Source: Nitrosopumilus sp.
GTDB lineage: Archaea; Thermoproteota; Nitrososphaeria; Nitrososphaerales; Nitrosopumilaceae
NCBI GenBank assembly: GCA_965218695.1
Contig: OZ244651.1
Span: 1,600,001 to 1,664,000 of the forward strand
Length of the DNA stretch: 64,000 nucleotides
Direction: 5' to 3'
The notes beneath the pieces were generated by a model. That model was not told the origin of the DNA. It worked only from the letters and a program-made list of their open reading frames with translations, and did not search any database. The position numbers were made by a program, and so were the translations under genes. Every line of letters starts with the position of its first letter. Position 1 is the first letter of the stretch. Of the stretch, positions 1 through 10,714 are shown one piece after another.

Positions 1-320
1 TTGTGGGACAGGGACTTGGCAGGAAGGTCGCCATGGTGACTGACGGAAGGTTTTCAGGGGGCACGCGCGGGTTCATGGTGGGCCATGTGGCCCCCGAGGC
101 GTACGTGGGGGGAGCAATAGCACTTGTCAGGGATGATGACACGATTACAATCAACATCAGCACCAATACCATTGATCTCCACGTATCCCCCGACGAGATT
201 CGGAGGAGGAGACGCATGTGGAGCCCACCAAAACCCAACTACACGACAGGCGCGCTTGCAAAATACGCCACGCTGGTAGGCTCCGCAGCCCAGGGTGCCA
301 CAACTAGGCCGAACCTGTAA
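1..320 (+). CDS. ilvD: dihydroxy-acid dehydratase, C-terminal part (runs off window start)
   Basis: [23 protein letters not shown] and GALAKYA.LV.SA..GA motifs typical of the IlvD C-terminus. Confidence 0.95.
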   Translation, partial: VGQGLGRKVAMVTDGRFSGGTRGFMVGHVAPEAYVGGAIALVRDDDTITINISTNTIDLHVSPDEIRRRRRMWSPPKPNYTTGALAKYATLVGSAAQGATTRPNL

Positions 321-472
321 CTGTACGGACCGCCTGCAGCACAGAACACGGATTGGCGCAGACGCATGACCGTATTCGTTTGTAAGCATCAGGCACCTTC
401 ATGCATCAATACAGGTGCGGATCACCCCATGCATCCAAGAAGCCGTGCCACTCCGATGGACGGATGCAGGCA

Positions 473-2161
473 TTACATTCCCAAAACGTCGCGGTATGCA
501 GCAGGGATCATGTTATGCGCACGAAACAGGATGATGTTTACTGCCTTGTCGAGCACGTAGGTCTTTGCCCAGTCGTCCTCGCTCCGAATCGAGCGCCCAA
601 ATCCCTGCAACATCTTGATGAGTGTCTGGGACTGGTACCAGAGGGGGAATCTCTTCATCTTTGCCTGGACCCGTTTCTCGACGTAGCTTGGATAGGGAAT
701 CTTTGCAATGATTTGAAACCGGGACAGATCATCCTTCAGGTCCACGCCCTCCCACAGGGAAGACGAGAGCAGTACTCCGGTGGGATCTGCAGCATGCTCG
801 GAGAGTACCTCGTTTTGGGTCTTGCCGTTCCTGTTCTTGCTGTGACAGATTCGGACCCTCCGGGCATTCCTGGGAGAGAGGTTCATTAGAATCTTGTAGC
901 ACCTTGGAATCGATGAGGTCAGGATCAGCCCCCGCTGGTCTGAATGGTTCTCAAGAATCTCGTCGATGGTCCTGATGACTGCAAGCTCGTCGTCTTCAGT
1001 GGATCGGTAACTGAGCTGCCTGACATTGAGCATGTCTATGCTCCGGTGTTTCATTGGGAACGGGGATCTTGGGGTGTCGATAAACGCAACATCCTTCGGA
1101 TCCATCCCCATGTTCTCACAAAAGCTTGACTTGTCAACTGTGGCAGACATGAACAGCTGGTACTCGGTATCAAAGAACTCGTCTGTGAATTTTGAGATGT
1201 CGATGGGCTTTACGGACAGGGAGTCAAAGCTTCCGTCCTGATGGCGTGCGGGCCTGCCTGCCACAAAGTTGTCCTTGTCCCTCAGTATGTCGATCCTGGC
1301 CTGTGCTGCCCGGTCATACTGCCTTTCAAGCCTGGTCACCAGTTCATAGTCTGGGTTGTTCCGGAATGACGGGCTCTCCTTGACATCTCTGATCTTTTTA
1401 GAGTATGACTGGGCAATATCGTCAAGCATTCCTGTTACCGAGTCCAGATCATCCAAGGCATATCTGTCAGGATTGATCCTGCATTCCTCAGTCTGCCAGT
1501 GGGAGATCTCAACTCCCACAAATTGGATTATCTGATCCTCTATCCTGTGCGCCTCGTCAAAGACGGACACCTTTCGGTCCAGGTATGGCTCAAAGAGCTT
1601 CTTGTTGTACTTCATTATCTGAAAGAATGAATGGTAGTTCCACAGGGAGTGCGGGGATGCCAGCGCGTGATATTTTTGCAGGTAGTAGTGGCACGACCCC
1701 GAATCATGCCTTCCGTCCACGACATCGGCTATGGCCGGCTTGAACTTGCACACCTCGACGAACTCCTTGCCGTCCTTTACCCTGCGCTCGACGCACTGCC
1801 CCTTCTGGCACGTCAGTCCCGCCTGCATGGCCATCTTTGAATCCTCGACCTTCTTTACAGACATGAGTTTGAGGCACGGAAAGTTCTGCTTTCCCTTTAC
1901 GGGTCTTATGAACGGAAGATCCCGAGCATACTGATCCTGAAGACTCTTTGTAGCCGTTACAATAAACGACCTTCCAAAGTGTTCAGATACGGTAACCCCT
2001 ACAAGCGACTTGCCTATTCCGGTGGGCGCACACAGAAGAATCTTCTTGTATCCAGAATCAATGCTCTGGCCGATCCTGGAGAGGATCTCCTTTTGAATCT
2101 CCCTGGGCACAAATTGCCTTGGAAATTTTGTAATCAGTGACAGGATCTTCGATGTTTGCAT
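473..2161 (-). CDS. DinG/Rad3-like ATP-dependent helicase (helicase C2)
   Basis: Walker A APTGIGKS, DEAH, SAT, LWEGVD, QGFGRSIRSEDD; Cys cluster after KGKQNFPC. Confidence 0.9.
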   Translation of the reverse strand: MQTSKILSLITKFPRQFVPREIQKEILSRIGQSIDSGYKKILLCAPTGIGKSLVGVTVSEHFGRSFIVTATKSLQDQYARDLPFIRPVKGKQNFPCLKLMSVKKVEDSKMAMQAGLTCQKGQCVERRVKDGKEFVEVCKFKPAIADVVDGRHDSGSCHYYLQKYHALASPHSLWNYHSFFQIMKYNKKLFEPYLDRKVSVFDEAHRIEDQIIQFVGVEISHWQTEECRINPDRYALDDLDSVTGMLDDIAQSYSKKIRDVKESPSFRNNPDYELVTRLERQYDRAAQARIDILRDKDNFVAGRPARHQDGSFDSLSVKPIDISKFTDEFFDTEYQLFMSATVDKSSFCENMGMDPKDVAFIDTPRSPFPMKHRSIDMLNVRQLSYRSTEDDELAVIRTIDEILENHSDQRGLILTSSIPRCYKILMNLSPRNARRVRICHSKNRNGKTQNEVLSEHAADPTGVLLSSSLWEGVDLKDDLSRFQIIAKIPYPSYVEKRVQAKMKRFPLWYQSQTLIKMLQGFGRSIRSEDDWAKTYVLDKAVNIILFRAHNMIPAAYRDVLGM

Positions 2162-2331
2162 TCGATATTAAAAGTATGGAGATCTCCGCGGCGTCATGCC
2201 GGAGGGGAACACATCAGGGTATTCGAGGGGCGTGTGCCTGCATGTAACTGCAGGCACGATGTTTCCTATTCCACAGAGGTAAAACAGCCATAAAAGGAAA
2301 CGATTAATTCGGGAATACGTGTATGAGAGTC

Positions 2332-2478
2332 ATGCATCAATGCTATTACTGTGAACAGCTGTTTGAATCGAAGGAAAGGTTGTACGATCACCTAGAGGTA
2401 CACTCAGACACCGACAGAGGCAAGGGAGTGGAGGGCAAAAAGAAGAAGACCACCACGAAAGGAACCAAGACGAAGTGA
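2332..2478 (+). CDS. small C2H2 zinc-finger protein (below ORF-track cutoff)
   Basis: Translated by hand: MHQCYYCEQLFESKERLYDHLEVHSD...KTK*; CxxC-x12-HxxxH. Confidence 0.75.
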   Translation: MHQCYYCEQLFESKERLYDHLEVHSDTDRGKGVEGKKKKTTTKGTKTK

Positions 2479-2751
2479 TTTATTATTCAGAAGGCATGCG
2501 TGGCAAGGTTCCAGTAACATGGAATCCATATGCCTCCTAGACTACGGCTCACGGTCAATCCGTGTAGGAATGACACGGATGTGCTGCAAAGACAGGGCTT
2601 GGGATGCCGTCACGGTCCAGCATACGGTGCCTGGTGCAGAACGCCTCGAGGATCAGACAAAAGCGGCCCGTGCCACGAGTCAGGCGCAGCCGGCCACGAA
2701 TGCGGTTCTCTGCCATCTGTCCTAAACACACGGCAATCGCGGTGCCCACAG

Positions 2752-3291
2752 TCATGGAATTCTCAACCCCGCAAAGACTGCGTCGTACTCTGACTGCCTT
2801 TTGGAGTTGTGGCCAAAGTCCGTATCTGCATCATACTCTTGACGCCTCTGCTTGAGGGTGTCTTCCAGAGACTCGACATAGCCTGCCATCATCCGTCCCG
2901 AGTCAGACCTGGCAAACTGCTTTCTCTGCTCCTCGTTTTGTCCGCGTGTCGGAAACACCCTTCCGTCAAATCTGTGCCGTATCGTCCCAACATTCTCTCG
3001 GGCTACCAGTTCTGCCAGATCAAAGTGTCCCTGTTCATGCCGCAGCAGGCTGTCATCGGATTGGGATATTCTGACCCATGACAGCTGCCTGTGAAACTCT
3101 ACGGAGATCTGTATGTCCCGTACGATAAACACGACATCGCCTCCAACCTGCTCAGAGTCCACCACCCATGTAGGCCTATACCGGATCATGCCGTGCGAAT
3201 CCTCATAGGCTGCAGGGTTGGACTCTGCCTTAAAGTCAGACCACGAAAGAAACGAGTTCTTGGACCAGACAACTACGTCATTCTCACTCAT
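2752..3291 (-). CDS. DUF922-like putative Zn metalloprotease
   Basis: L.W.DF N-terminal motif, SWV, LLRHEQGHFD (HExxH), Q.EYD.DT.FG. Confidence 0.75.
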   Translation of the reverse strand: MSENDVVVWSKNSFLSWSDFKAESNPAAYEDSHGMIRYRPTWVVDSEQVGGDVVFIVRDIQISVEFHRQLSWVRISQSDDSLLRHEQGHFDLAELVARENVGTIRHRFDGRVFPTRGQNEEQRKQFARSDSGRMMAGYVESLEDTLKQRRQEYDADTDFGHNSKRQSEYDAVFAGLRIP

Positions 3292-3604
3292 GACCCAGAC
3301 TCATTTTGAACTTGAACTGCTTATATGGCTTTGCCGGCGACTCGGATACATGCTCAGATCCCAACCAAATCTAGGCGCGGATACTGGTATAGCCACGTAT
3401 GCTTGCGCCTAACCAAGTTTGGATGAGTATACACTGGCTCGAGTTCTGTCAGGATATGCAGCAGACTCGATAATCAATCAGGCAGCATCATCATCACGCC
3501 CTGATTGCAGCGGTGTCCAGTCACACTACAGTGAAACGCCGACCGGAGGCTGTCAACTGGTGTCAGAATCCAAACTATTAATCCCGGACATCCAGACACG
3601 CCTC

Positions 3605-3682
3605 ATGAACGGCAGGTTCTATTTCTGGATGGGGATCTCGATAGCTGCATTGGCTGCAGGATTCATCATACTGTTTTCATGA
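3605..3682 (+). CDS. possible small single-pass membrane peptide (MNGRFYFWMGISIAALAAGFIILFS)
   Basis: Hydrophobic 25-aa tail of ORF 3419-3682 beginning at an internal ATG. Confidence 0.35.
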   Translation: MNGRFYFWMGISIAALAAGFIILFS

Positions 3683-4097
3683 CACTGTTTCAGATGCCCT
3701 GCAGGCAGGCACGCAAGAGAGGACAGACGCGCCTCTGCATGCATGGATTGACTCCCGAATCATTTGGACACGTCCTGGTCTGAGTGCGGCGCAGCATGGG
3801 CATTCCCCGGACAGAATCATTGCCATAGTTTCGTCTGATTTCTTGTTCGCGAACCTGCTCCATATTCTGCTCTAATGCGCAGTCAGTACCACACATGCCA
3901 GGCCAGGAGGCGCACCGCCGCCTGCCATGACCAATACTGCTGCAAACATGTGTTCTGACTTTGGTACGGTTCACATTCATCCGGATGCAGTCATGATTTG
4001 GCATACGGCAGAATGGCCCTGAGAGGATTTCAAAGGATGCCGGTGCGGGACAAATCACAATAAATCAGCTAAAATACTAGAACGAATTGAAATATGC

Positions 4098-4448
4098 ATG
4101 GAAGGCAGGAGGCCGTTTAAAGGATACAAACGAAAAGAGTCTTTCCTTACCATCGAGCAGAAGGTCGAACAGTTTGTGCTGCGAAACTCCAGAAACGGCT
4201 TCTTTACCAGAATCTCAACGATCCAGAACAAGTTTGAAGTTTCAGAGGAAAGGACATGGGAGATCGTAGGCGAATTACTGACAAACGGCTTACTGGAGTC
4301 TACGCACGATCCCGGTACAGGAGAGATGAAGCTCTGTGAGATAGACAAGACGTATTCAATAATGAGCACAAAACGAAAGAAGCAGAGATATGACAAGAGG
4401 GGCTCAAAAAAGCCATCCCCAAAATCAGGCTCTGGCCCCCCGCGATAG
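4098..4448 (+). CDS. conserved hypothetical basic protein, winged-helix-like
   Basis: Clean 116-aa ORF with protein-like composition and Lys-rich tail. Confidence 0.7.
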   Translation: MEGRRPFKGYKRKESFLTIEQKVEQFVLRNSRNGFFTRISTIQNKFEVSEERTWEIVGELLTNGLLESTHDPGTGEMKLCEIDKTYSIMSTKRKKQRYDKRGSKKPSPKSGSGPPR

Positions 4449-4487
4449 CCGTCGATGGAGGCTGCTACCGTCAGGATGACTCGTGCG

Positions 4488-4670
4488 CATGCCTGGCAGG
4501 TTATGAAGCCGAACTTCAGTGTTTGCCGGCACGGATACATCAGCACATGCCTGGCAGGTTATGAAGCCGAACTTCAGTGTTTGCCGGCACGGATACATCA
4601 GCACATGCCTGGCAGGTTATGAAGCCGAACTTCAGTGTTTGCCGGCACGGATACATCAGCACATGCCTGG
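4488..4670. repeat. 58-bp perfect tandem repeat, 3 copies plus 9 bp
   Basis: Unit catgcctggcaggttatgaagccgaacttcagtgtttgccggcacggatacatcagca at 4488, 4546, 4604 and partial at 4662. Confidence 0.95.
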
Positions 4671-5065
4671 TAGGGTGCAGATCCTATCCGCTCGGGTTGT
4701 TTATGGCGTACATGGTAACTGTAACATGCAATATGTTTCTATTGAATATTTGATTGATTAATATGAATATTCTGTATAATCATTTAGGATTTTATCCAAA
4801 TAGTTTATCAACTGTCTCATGTAATGTATGTCATGAGAGGAATAAAGATTATCAGGAAGATACATGAAAAGTGCCAGTTATGCAGGCAGGCATCAGTGTA
4901 CTGCGACTGCATGTGTTCTTATTGTGGTAGTAAGGAATACTGCGAATGTGATGCACTTCCACGGCCGATCCTTCCATAATTTTTTTGCATGGCGGGCAAA
5001 ATTTGAGTCAGCGGCTAGAAAAAATTTACCCCTGCTGTGTAATATCAACTGGGTAAGCATACCTC

Positions 5066-5278
5066 ATGTCTGTAATGGAGGCGTACGATCTCAAGGCACG
5101 AAAAAAGGTGCCAATAAAAGACCCACAACCGTACCTCATGAACAACGGCATGTGGGCAATCAGGGGTACTAGCCCTGAGACTGGAACAAAGGTGTTTAGG
5201 ATTGTCGGTAGGACAAAACCATCACTGCAACAGTCAAGATTCGGTGCATTCAAGAGGATCTTTACGAGCCAAAGATAA
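5066..5278 (+). CDS. DUF5679-like small basic protein, cysteine-less variant
   Basis: MEAYxxKxRKK..IKDP....M.NG..AI.GT.P..GTKVFRI pattern. Confidence 0.7.
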   Translation: MSVMEAYDLKARKKVPIKDPQPYLMNNGMWAIRGTSPETGTKVFRIVGRTKPSLQQSRFGAFKRIFTSQR

Positions 5279-5464
5279 GAATGCAGAATCACGCTGATCC
5301 TTCTTTTTAACCATCAGTAAGTTACACGTACATGCCCGGCCGCCCCCAAAGACGGGCACGGCTATTTGCAGGATTCATGCCTGGCAGATATGACACATAC
5401 GACCACGCGTCGTGATCCGTCCTGAATTCGAAACTGTTAATTTGACTGCAACGTAACAGAGTGC

Positions 5465-5935
5465 ATGTCCTTTGAGATTGACTGGCGGAGTGATTTTTAC
5501 GGAATCTCATGGGCGTATGAGAAGAGCAGATTGGTGGTATCGACAATATTTGAGGACAAGAAGAATGCAGTGGAAGTCGCAATGGACATAGACGGCTGGA
5601 GTGACAAGTTCACGCGGATGACAATAATAGAGAGAAGCAACGGCGAATTTGCGATCTGCTGCTATCAGGACCCCCAAGTAGCAAAGGGCAAAAACTCCAT
5701 AGGGTTGTTCAGGACAGGGATGATACAGAGCGGCGGATACGAACATGCAAAGCCCATGATTGAGGAAAGGTCCCCCCTGCTACAGATTGCATATGCAGCA
5801 GATGTCAGGGATATGGGCACGTACGAGCAGATCTCCAGGCTGGTGCCCATAAGAAAATGCAGGATAATCTCTGAAAAGGATTTGAGGCGGCAGGAGTACT
5901 ACTACGAAAAGAACGCATGTGAAAAATCAGCATAG
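5465..5935 (+). CDS. hypothetical protein
   Basis: 156-aa ORF with typical coding composition; AT-rich promoter-like stretch upstream. Confidence 0.7.
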   Translation: MSFEIDWRSDFYGISWAYEKSRLVVSTIFEDKKNAVEVAMDIDGWSDKFTRMTIIERSNGEFAICCYQDPQVAKGKNSIGLFRTGMIQSGGYEHAKPMIEERSPLLQIAYAADVRDMGTYEQISRLVPIRKCRIISEKDLRRQEYYYEKNACEKSA

Positions 5936-6107
5936 GCTGCGTGAACACGACGACGCGGTTGCCTTTACAGGACGCTGTGGCGCCTCACCACACCTGCACT
6001 CTTCAACGGGAGCATGCCCGCCTGACTGCATTGGTATGTCGCGCCTGGGTTGTAAGGCCAGCTACCCAAACCCAATACTTTAATTGAACTTACGGGACAA
6101 GGCAATA

Positions 6108-6509
6108 ATGAATTATGACAACCTTTTAAAGAGAATCATGGCATCGGACGTAAATATACGACACAGCATCATCACAAACACCGAGGGAGCCATACAGGCC
6201 ACCGGACACCGGGCAGGGGTTCGAAACTATCTTTCCCAGGAGGAGACAGAGGCATCATTGAAGAGGGCCGCATATGCATGGAAACAGAGAAAGCAGCTGT
6301 ATCCAAAGATTGGGAAAGGGGTATACGCAGCGGCAGTCTTTGAGAGGATAACAAGGATTACATTTCCGGTGGACGAGGATCATCTGATATTTGTCAGCAT
6401 GGGTTCTGAGCAGACACGAACGAATCTAGATGCAGGTGGCCAAAGACACATCATTGACAACGTGCTGAACATATTGAGTCGTGATCCCACAAGGGCAGTA
6501 AGAGTCTAG
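6108..6509 (+). CDS. thaumarchaeal roadblock/profilin-like (DUF6659-type) protein
   Basis: D.NIR...G.R.GV..YLS.EET..SL..A...W..RK.L...IG.G.YA.A.FE.I.RITFP pattern. Confidence 0.7.
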   Translation: MNYDNLLKRIMASDVNIRHSIITNTEGAIQATGHRAGVRNYLSQEETEASLKRAAYAWKQRKQLYPKIGKGVYAAAVFERITRITFPVDEDHLIFVSMGSEQTRTNLDAGGQRHIIDNVLNILSRDPTRAVRV

Positions 6510-6680
6510 GGCTTTTGCGCCTGGAGATATCACAGTATTTTTAATTTTAAAGAGGGTGGGTGTTGCAGCATGTGGGTTAGTGGCACCTGTCCACAATTGG
6601 CACCAACGGTAGCCGGTTCAAAATATTCATTTAGATTTGGTTTTGATCGAGCCTTTTAAAGAAAGCACGTTCTCAAGGCC

Positions 6681-8045
6681 ATGAGGAGGAAGAAAAAGCA
6701 CAAGGTAACGGATCACATGCTTGAATTTGCCAGCGTTGTGGAATGGCTGGAGCAGCTGAGGCCGAGCGGAATCAGCCACGACATAAGGATCTGCACCAGC
6801 ACCAGGGTAGTGTACCTGTCCAACCTGACCGCGTTCAACGCGTGGCTGCCCGGCCGCGAGTTCCTCATCCGGGTGTCGGCCGCCAAGGACAACAAGATTG
6901 ACCACGAGAACGTCAAAAAGTCGTTTGCCGACGTGGAGACGTTACTCTATTTCGGGATGGACGAGAACGGGAACGCCAGGGAGGTAAGGAGAATCATAAA
7001 CAAGTACCTGGCAGACGCCATGCACGAGGGCAAGGCGCGCGCCACGAGGATGGGGATGTGCGCAGCGATAAAGTCGTACTTTGACACGCACGACGTGATG
7101 ACGTACGTCAGGTACGACGGGCGCGAAAGAAAGACGGAGGTGTCCGCCGACTCGCCCGAACTCACGCTGCCCGAATTCTACAAGATGATCACCGTCAGCA
7201 AGATAGACCACCTGACGCGTGCCGTGATGCTGGTAAAGTTGCAGGCGGGACTCGACAGGAGCACGCTTGCCGACAGGTTCAATTTTTACGCATACAAGCA
7301 GATAGCCAAGTTTTGCGGCACCATCAACCACAGGGAATGGTCATTGGACAAGTGCCCGATCCCCATCAAGCTGATGCGGGTAAAGACGGACCGCACGTTT
7401 ACCACCTTCATAGACCGCGACGCGTTGGAAGCCATCAAGAATTATTTAGCGTGGAGGGAGGAGACCCGCGGCCCCCACGATCCCGACGGGCCCATGTTTT
7501 TTACCAGCAGAAACGCGCCGGTGTCGATTGCCTGGACGTCAAACGCGTTTTCAAAACTGGCCAAATACGCCAGGACGCAGAAGCGCCTCGGGCTGCGCAC
7601 GTTCAAGATCACCTCTCACATGGTGCGCCACCTGCTGAAAACGACCATGCTGACGTGCGGGTGCGCGCCGTACGCAGCCGACCACTTTCTGGGCCACAAG
7701 CCCAAAGACCCCTATGAAAACCACGACCTGTACCCGGAAAACCTTAGAAAACAGTACGCCAAGGCGTCGCACAGGCTCAACGTGCTTTCCAAGGCCGTCT
7801 CGAACATAGAAGATCCCGAACCGGCAGACGCCGCAGAGAAGAGGCTCAAGGCCAAGGAAGCCGAAGTGAAACGACTGAAAAAAGAGAACAACGAACTGGC
7901 AGAGGCAAACGCCAAGAAAGACGCCGTGAGCGCCGGCGTGAAGGCCCAGCTCGAGGGAGTGGTAAAGGCGATCATCGACACGGCCGGAGAGCCGGACGGG
8001 GACTTTAAAAAGAACCTCAGGGACAGGCTCAGCGGGCTCGTTTAG
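6681..8045 (+). CDS. tyrosine recombinase/integrase with C-terminal coiled coil
   Basis: GLDRSTLA box I, RVKT, HMVRH (HxxR), LGH and DPY catalytic motifs. Confidence 0.85.
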   Translation: MRRKKKHKVTDHMLEFASVVEWLEQLRPSGISHDIRICTSTRVVYLSNLTAFNAWLPGREFLIRVSAAKDNKIDHENVKKSFADVETLLYFGMDENGNAREVRRIINKYLADAMHEGKARATRMGMCAAIKSYFDTHDVMTYVRYDGRERKTEVSADSPELTLPEFYKMITVSKIDHLTRAVMLVKLQAGLDRSTLADRFNFYAYKQIAKFCGTINHREWSLDKCPIPIKLMRVKTDRTFTTFIDRDALEAIKNYLAWREETRGPHDPDGPMFFTSRNAPVSIAWTSNAFSKLAKYARTQKRLGLRTFKITSHMVRHLLKTTMLTCGCAPYAADHFLGHKPKDPYENHDLYPENLRKQYAKASHRLNVLSKAVSNIEDPEPADAAEKRLKAKEAEVKRLKKENNELAEANAKKDAVSAGVKAQLEGVVKAIIDTAGEPDGDFKKNLRDRLSGLV

Positions 8046-8075
8046 GGCTTTTATTCTAATCGTTCCACGCTGCGC

Positions 8076-8354
8076 ATGCGGCAAAACATGGAATCGGTCA
8101 TGGAATGGCGACGCCTACTTGACGGCCTCAAGACGATAAGGATGTGCGAGCACGAGCAGGAAGTCGACGTCAAGTACGGCGACTGCGACGGCTTGAGGTT
8201 CCATATGTGCAGGGAGTGCTGGAACCGCGAGACGTTCCACAGGATAAGCAAGGATTCGGTGCAAGCAATCAGGCCGAACCAGTTGGACTCAGTGTCGGCA
8301 AAGTGCCTCAAGTGCGGTTCCGGCATGGATTCCTGCGGGTGCGGGACAGCATGA
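8076..8354 (+). CDS. small Cys-rich (zinc-ribbon-like) hypothetical protein
   Basis: CEH, CREC, CLKC, CGC motifs directly after the integrase. Confidence 0.4.
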   Translation: MRQNMESVMEWRRLLDGLKTIRMCEHEQEVDVKYGDCDGLRFHMCRECWNRETFHRISKDSVQAIRPNQLDSVSAKCLKCGSGMDSCGCGTA

Positions 8355-8560
8355 CGGGAATCTTGGCTGAGGCATGGAACGCGTCGATTAAACCCAGATT
8401 GGGTCATGGCGCAACCGGCTACATGCTTGGGGCGTGGGCACCCCTCACGCCATTTCGTACCATTCATGCCATAAATGATAAACTGGTAATATTTTGAAAT
8501 ACGCGGTACGGCTCATGCAAGGATCTTCCGAGGACTTGACTCGGGGAGGCCTGCAACGGA

Positions 8561-8740
8561 TCACGCTACGGGATCAAAAAGCCCGTTGGTAAAATCAGAC
8601 AACAAATAACTCCAGGCATGATCTAGCTGCCAGTATTCGCCTTCACAGTATATGGCCCTGTCCTCTGGTAGCAACCCCTCATCTATCATATGCTGGTTGC
8701 GTTCAGGATCCGCCCCGTATGAATAGCATGATACGTTGTA
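8561..8740 (-). pseudogene. C-terminal remnant of a DUF4344-like metallopeptidase, cut by IS630
   Basis: Hand translation YNVSCYSYGADPERNQHMIDEGLLPEDRAIYCEGEYWQLDHAWSYLL...* starts exactly at the IS630 TA. Confidence 0.65.
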
Positions 8741-9835
8741 TAGTGGCGATCAAAAGTTCCTGCAAAATAATTCGGCTTTTCTGTTAAGGAATTTGAACAA
8801 ATCCAGATTGAATCTTGCAGTTCGATAATACTGGGAGACGGCACTGTGCATGTCCAAGAAGGTTTTGTAGTATTCTGAGACAAGCAGGTTCCGTTTTCCT
8901 TGGTGCCAGCATTCTTCCACGGCGTTGAGATACGGCGAGCCTTTTGGCAGGTATATGATCTTGATGTTCTTGTTCTCGCGCAGCAGCGTCCGGACGGCTT
9001 TTGCGCGGTGCGGGGACGCCCTGTCCACCATGACGGCCACCTTCCCAAAATGCCTCTGCAGGGCCTTGAGGTACGCAACAAATGTGGGCGCGTTAAACCC
9101 GCTGGCAGTCCTGAAGAACTGCCTGCCATCGGTCGTGACTGAACCGTACACGGCGATTCTTTTGTGGCTTCCCGTATATGGCACGGTTATTGGCACCCCC
9201 ACAGGCGACCAATACTTGCGACCCGATTTTACGTCGTGTATGAAGAACGCCTCGTCTTCCACGACTGGGACAAAATCGTCCTTTTCTAGGCGTGAAATTC
9301 TCTTTTTGAGGCGATATTGCCAGCTTTTTACGGCCGTTTTGGTGGCCCTGTTGATGTGGATCCTTTGCGACCCCTTGGGAGACAGGCCGTATTTTTGCAT
9401 GATTTTCCTGATATTCGTTCTGTGCATCTTTGTTCCCGTTTCCCTGTGTATGACCTGCTGCAGTTCGGCAGGAGTGGTCTTGAACCGGTCCACTACCTTG
9501 TCCAGTATGCCGTCCATCGCTTCCGGCGAAATCTTGGGCGGCCTGCCGGATCTGGGAAGATCCCGGAGGCCTTCGAGGCCTCCTTCCTCGTATCTGCGCA
9601 TCCAGCGGTATACCCACCGGTCAGCCTGCAAGAGAATGTCTGCGGCATCGCTTATGCTCATCTTGCGCACGTGTACCATGTGCACTGCAAGCATTCTGAC
9701 ACGCACCCTGCCGTCTTTTTCCTTTTTGTACGCCTTTTCGAGTTCTTCCTGTTTTGTTTCGTCCATGCTGCGTTCAAGGACCACGGATCTACATAGTTTT
9801 CGGGCAGAATTTGTCAAAACTTTTGCGCGTCACTA
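8741..9835 (-). mobile_element. IS630-family element, intact single-ORF transposase (about 8750-9769)
   Basis: IRs TAGTG(G/A)CG..CAAAAGTT flanked by TA; HTH, EDEA, VDRA, LNAVEECW motifs. Confidence 0.93.
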
Positions 9836-10707
9836 TAGTCAAGGAGCTTCCATCAAACATATATCATGACGGAGGTGCCATGGTTACGGGTCTGGACAAC
9901 CAAGTGTATGCGGTGATTGGCGACACCGGAAAATACGGTCCCCTTCAAAACAAATCCCTTGAGAATCTTTATCCGCCCGGCACTACTGACTATCTGGATA
10001 CCAGCGTCATTCTGCGCGTGGATCCGGAGGGGCCGTACCAAGCCGTGGGGATCAGAAACAGCTTTGGACTGGCCATAGATCCGATAACCGGAAACCTGTG
10101 GGACACTGAAAACGGGGATGATGATTTTGATGAAATCAACCTGGTTCCGGATAGATTCAACAGCGGATGGAACAAGGTATCGGGACCTGCAACGCAGTCC
10201 GAACTTGACAGCCTTGTAGTTTATGAGGACTATGTCTACAAGGATCCCGAATTCAGCTGGAAGCAGGTTGTTGCGCCCACCGGTCTGAGTTTTGGAAAAT
10301 TCAAAGAGACCAACGCTCATGACGACTCGCTCTTTGTAGGGGACTGCAACTATGGAAATCTTTACAAGCTCACGCTAAACCAGAACCGGGATGGATTCGA
10401 GTTTGCCAATCCTGATCTGCAGGACAATCTGGTCGGCGACGGTGATTCCATGGATGAGATAATACTTGGCACAGGCTTTAAATGCATTACAGACATCGAA
10501 AGGGGACCTGACGGTTTTCTATACGTTGTATCCCACGGCGAAAAGGAAATTTATAGAATTGTTCCAGTAGAGGCCCTAGGAGAAGGGCCCGCACCTGATA
10601 GCCCACCACCAGAACAGGTGACGACCACTTCCATTGTGCTGGTGGCCCTGCTGGGCGTCTTTACAGCCGTTGCAGTATTCTTCGTAATGAAGACAAAAAA
10701 GAAATAA
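9836..10707 (+). pseudogene. PQQ-dependent glucose/sorbosone dehydrogenase, C-terminal half with membrane anchor
   Basis: HDGG, GIRNSFGLAIDP.TG.LWDTENG...DEIN, APTG, GPDG.LYV; N-terminus missing at the IS end. Confidence 0.85.
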
Positions 10708-10714
10708 TGCAATT

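Noticed and set aside
4488-4670. CRISPR array
   Set aside because: Units are contiguous and identical, with no unique spacers, and no cas genes are present.
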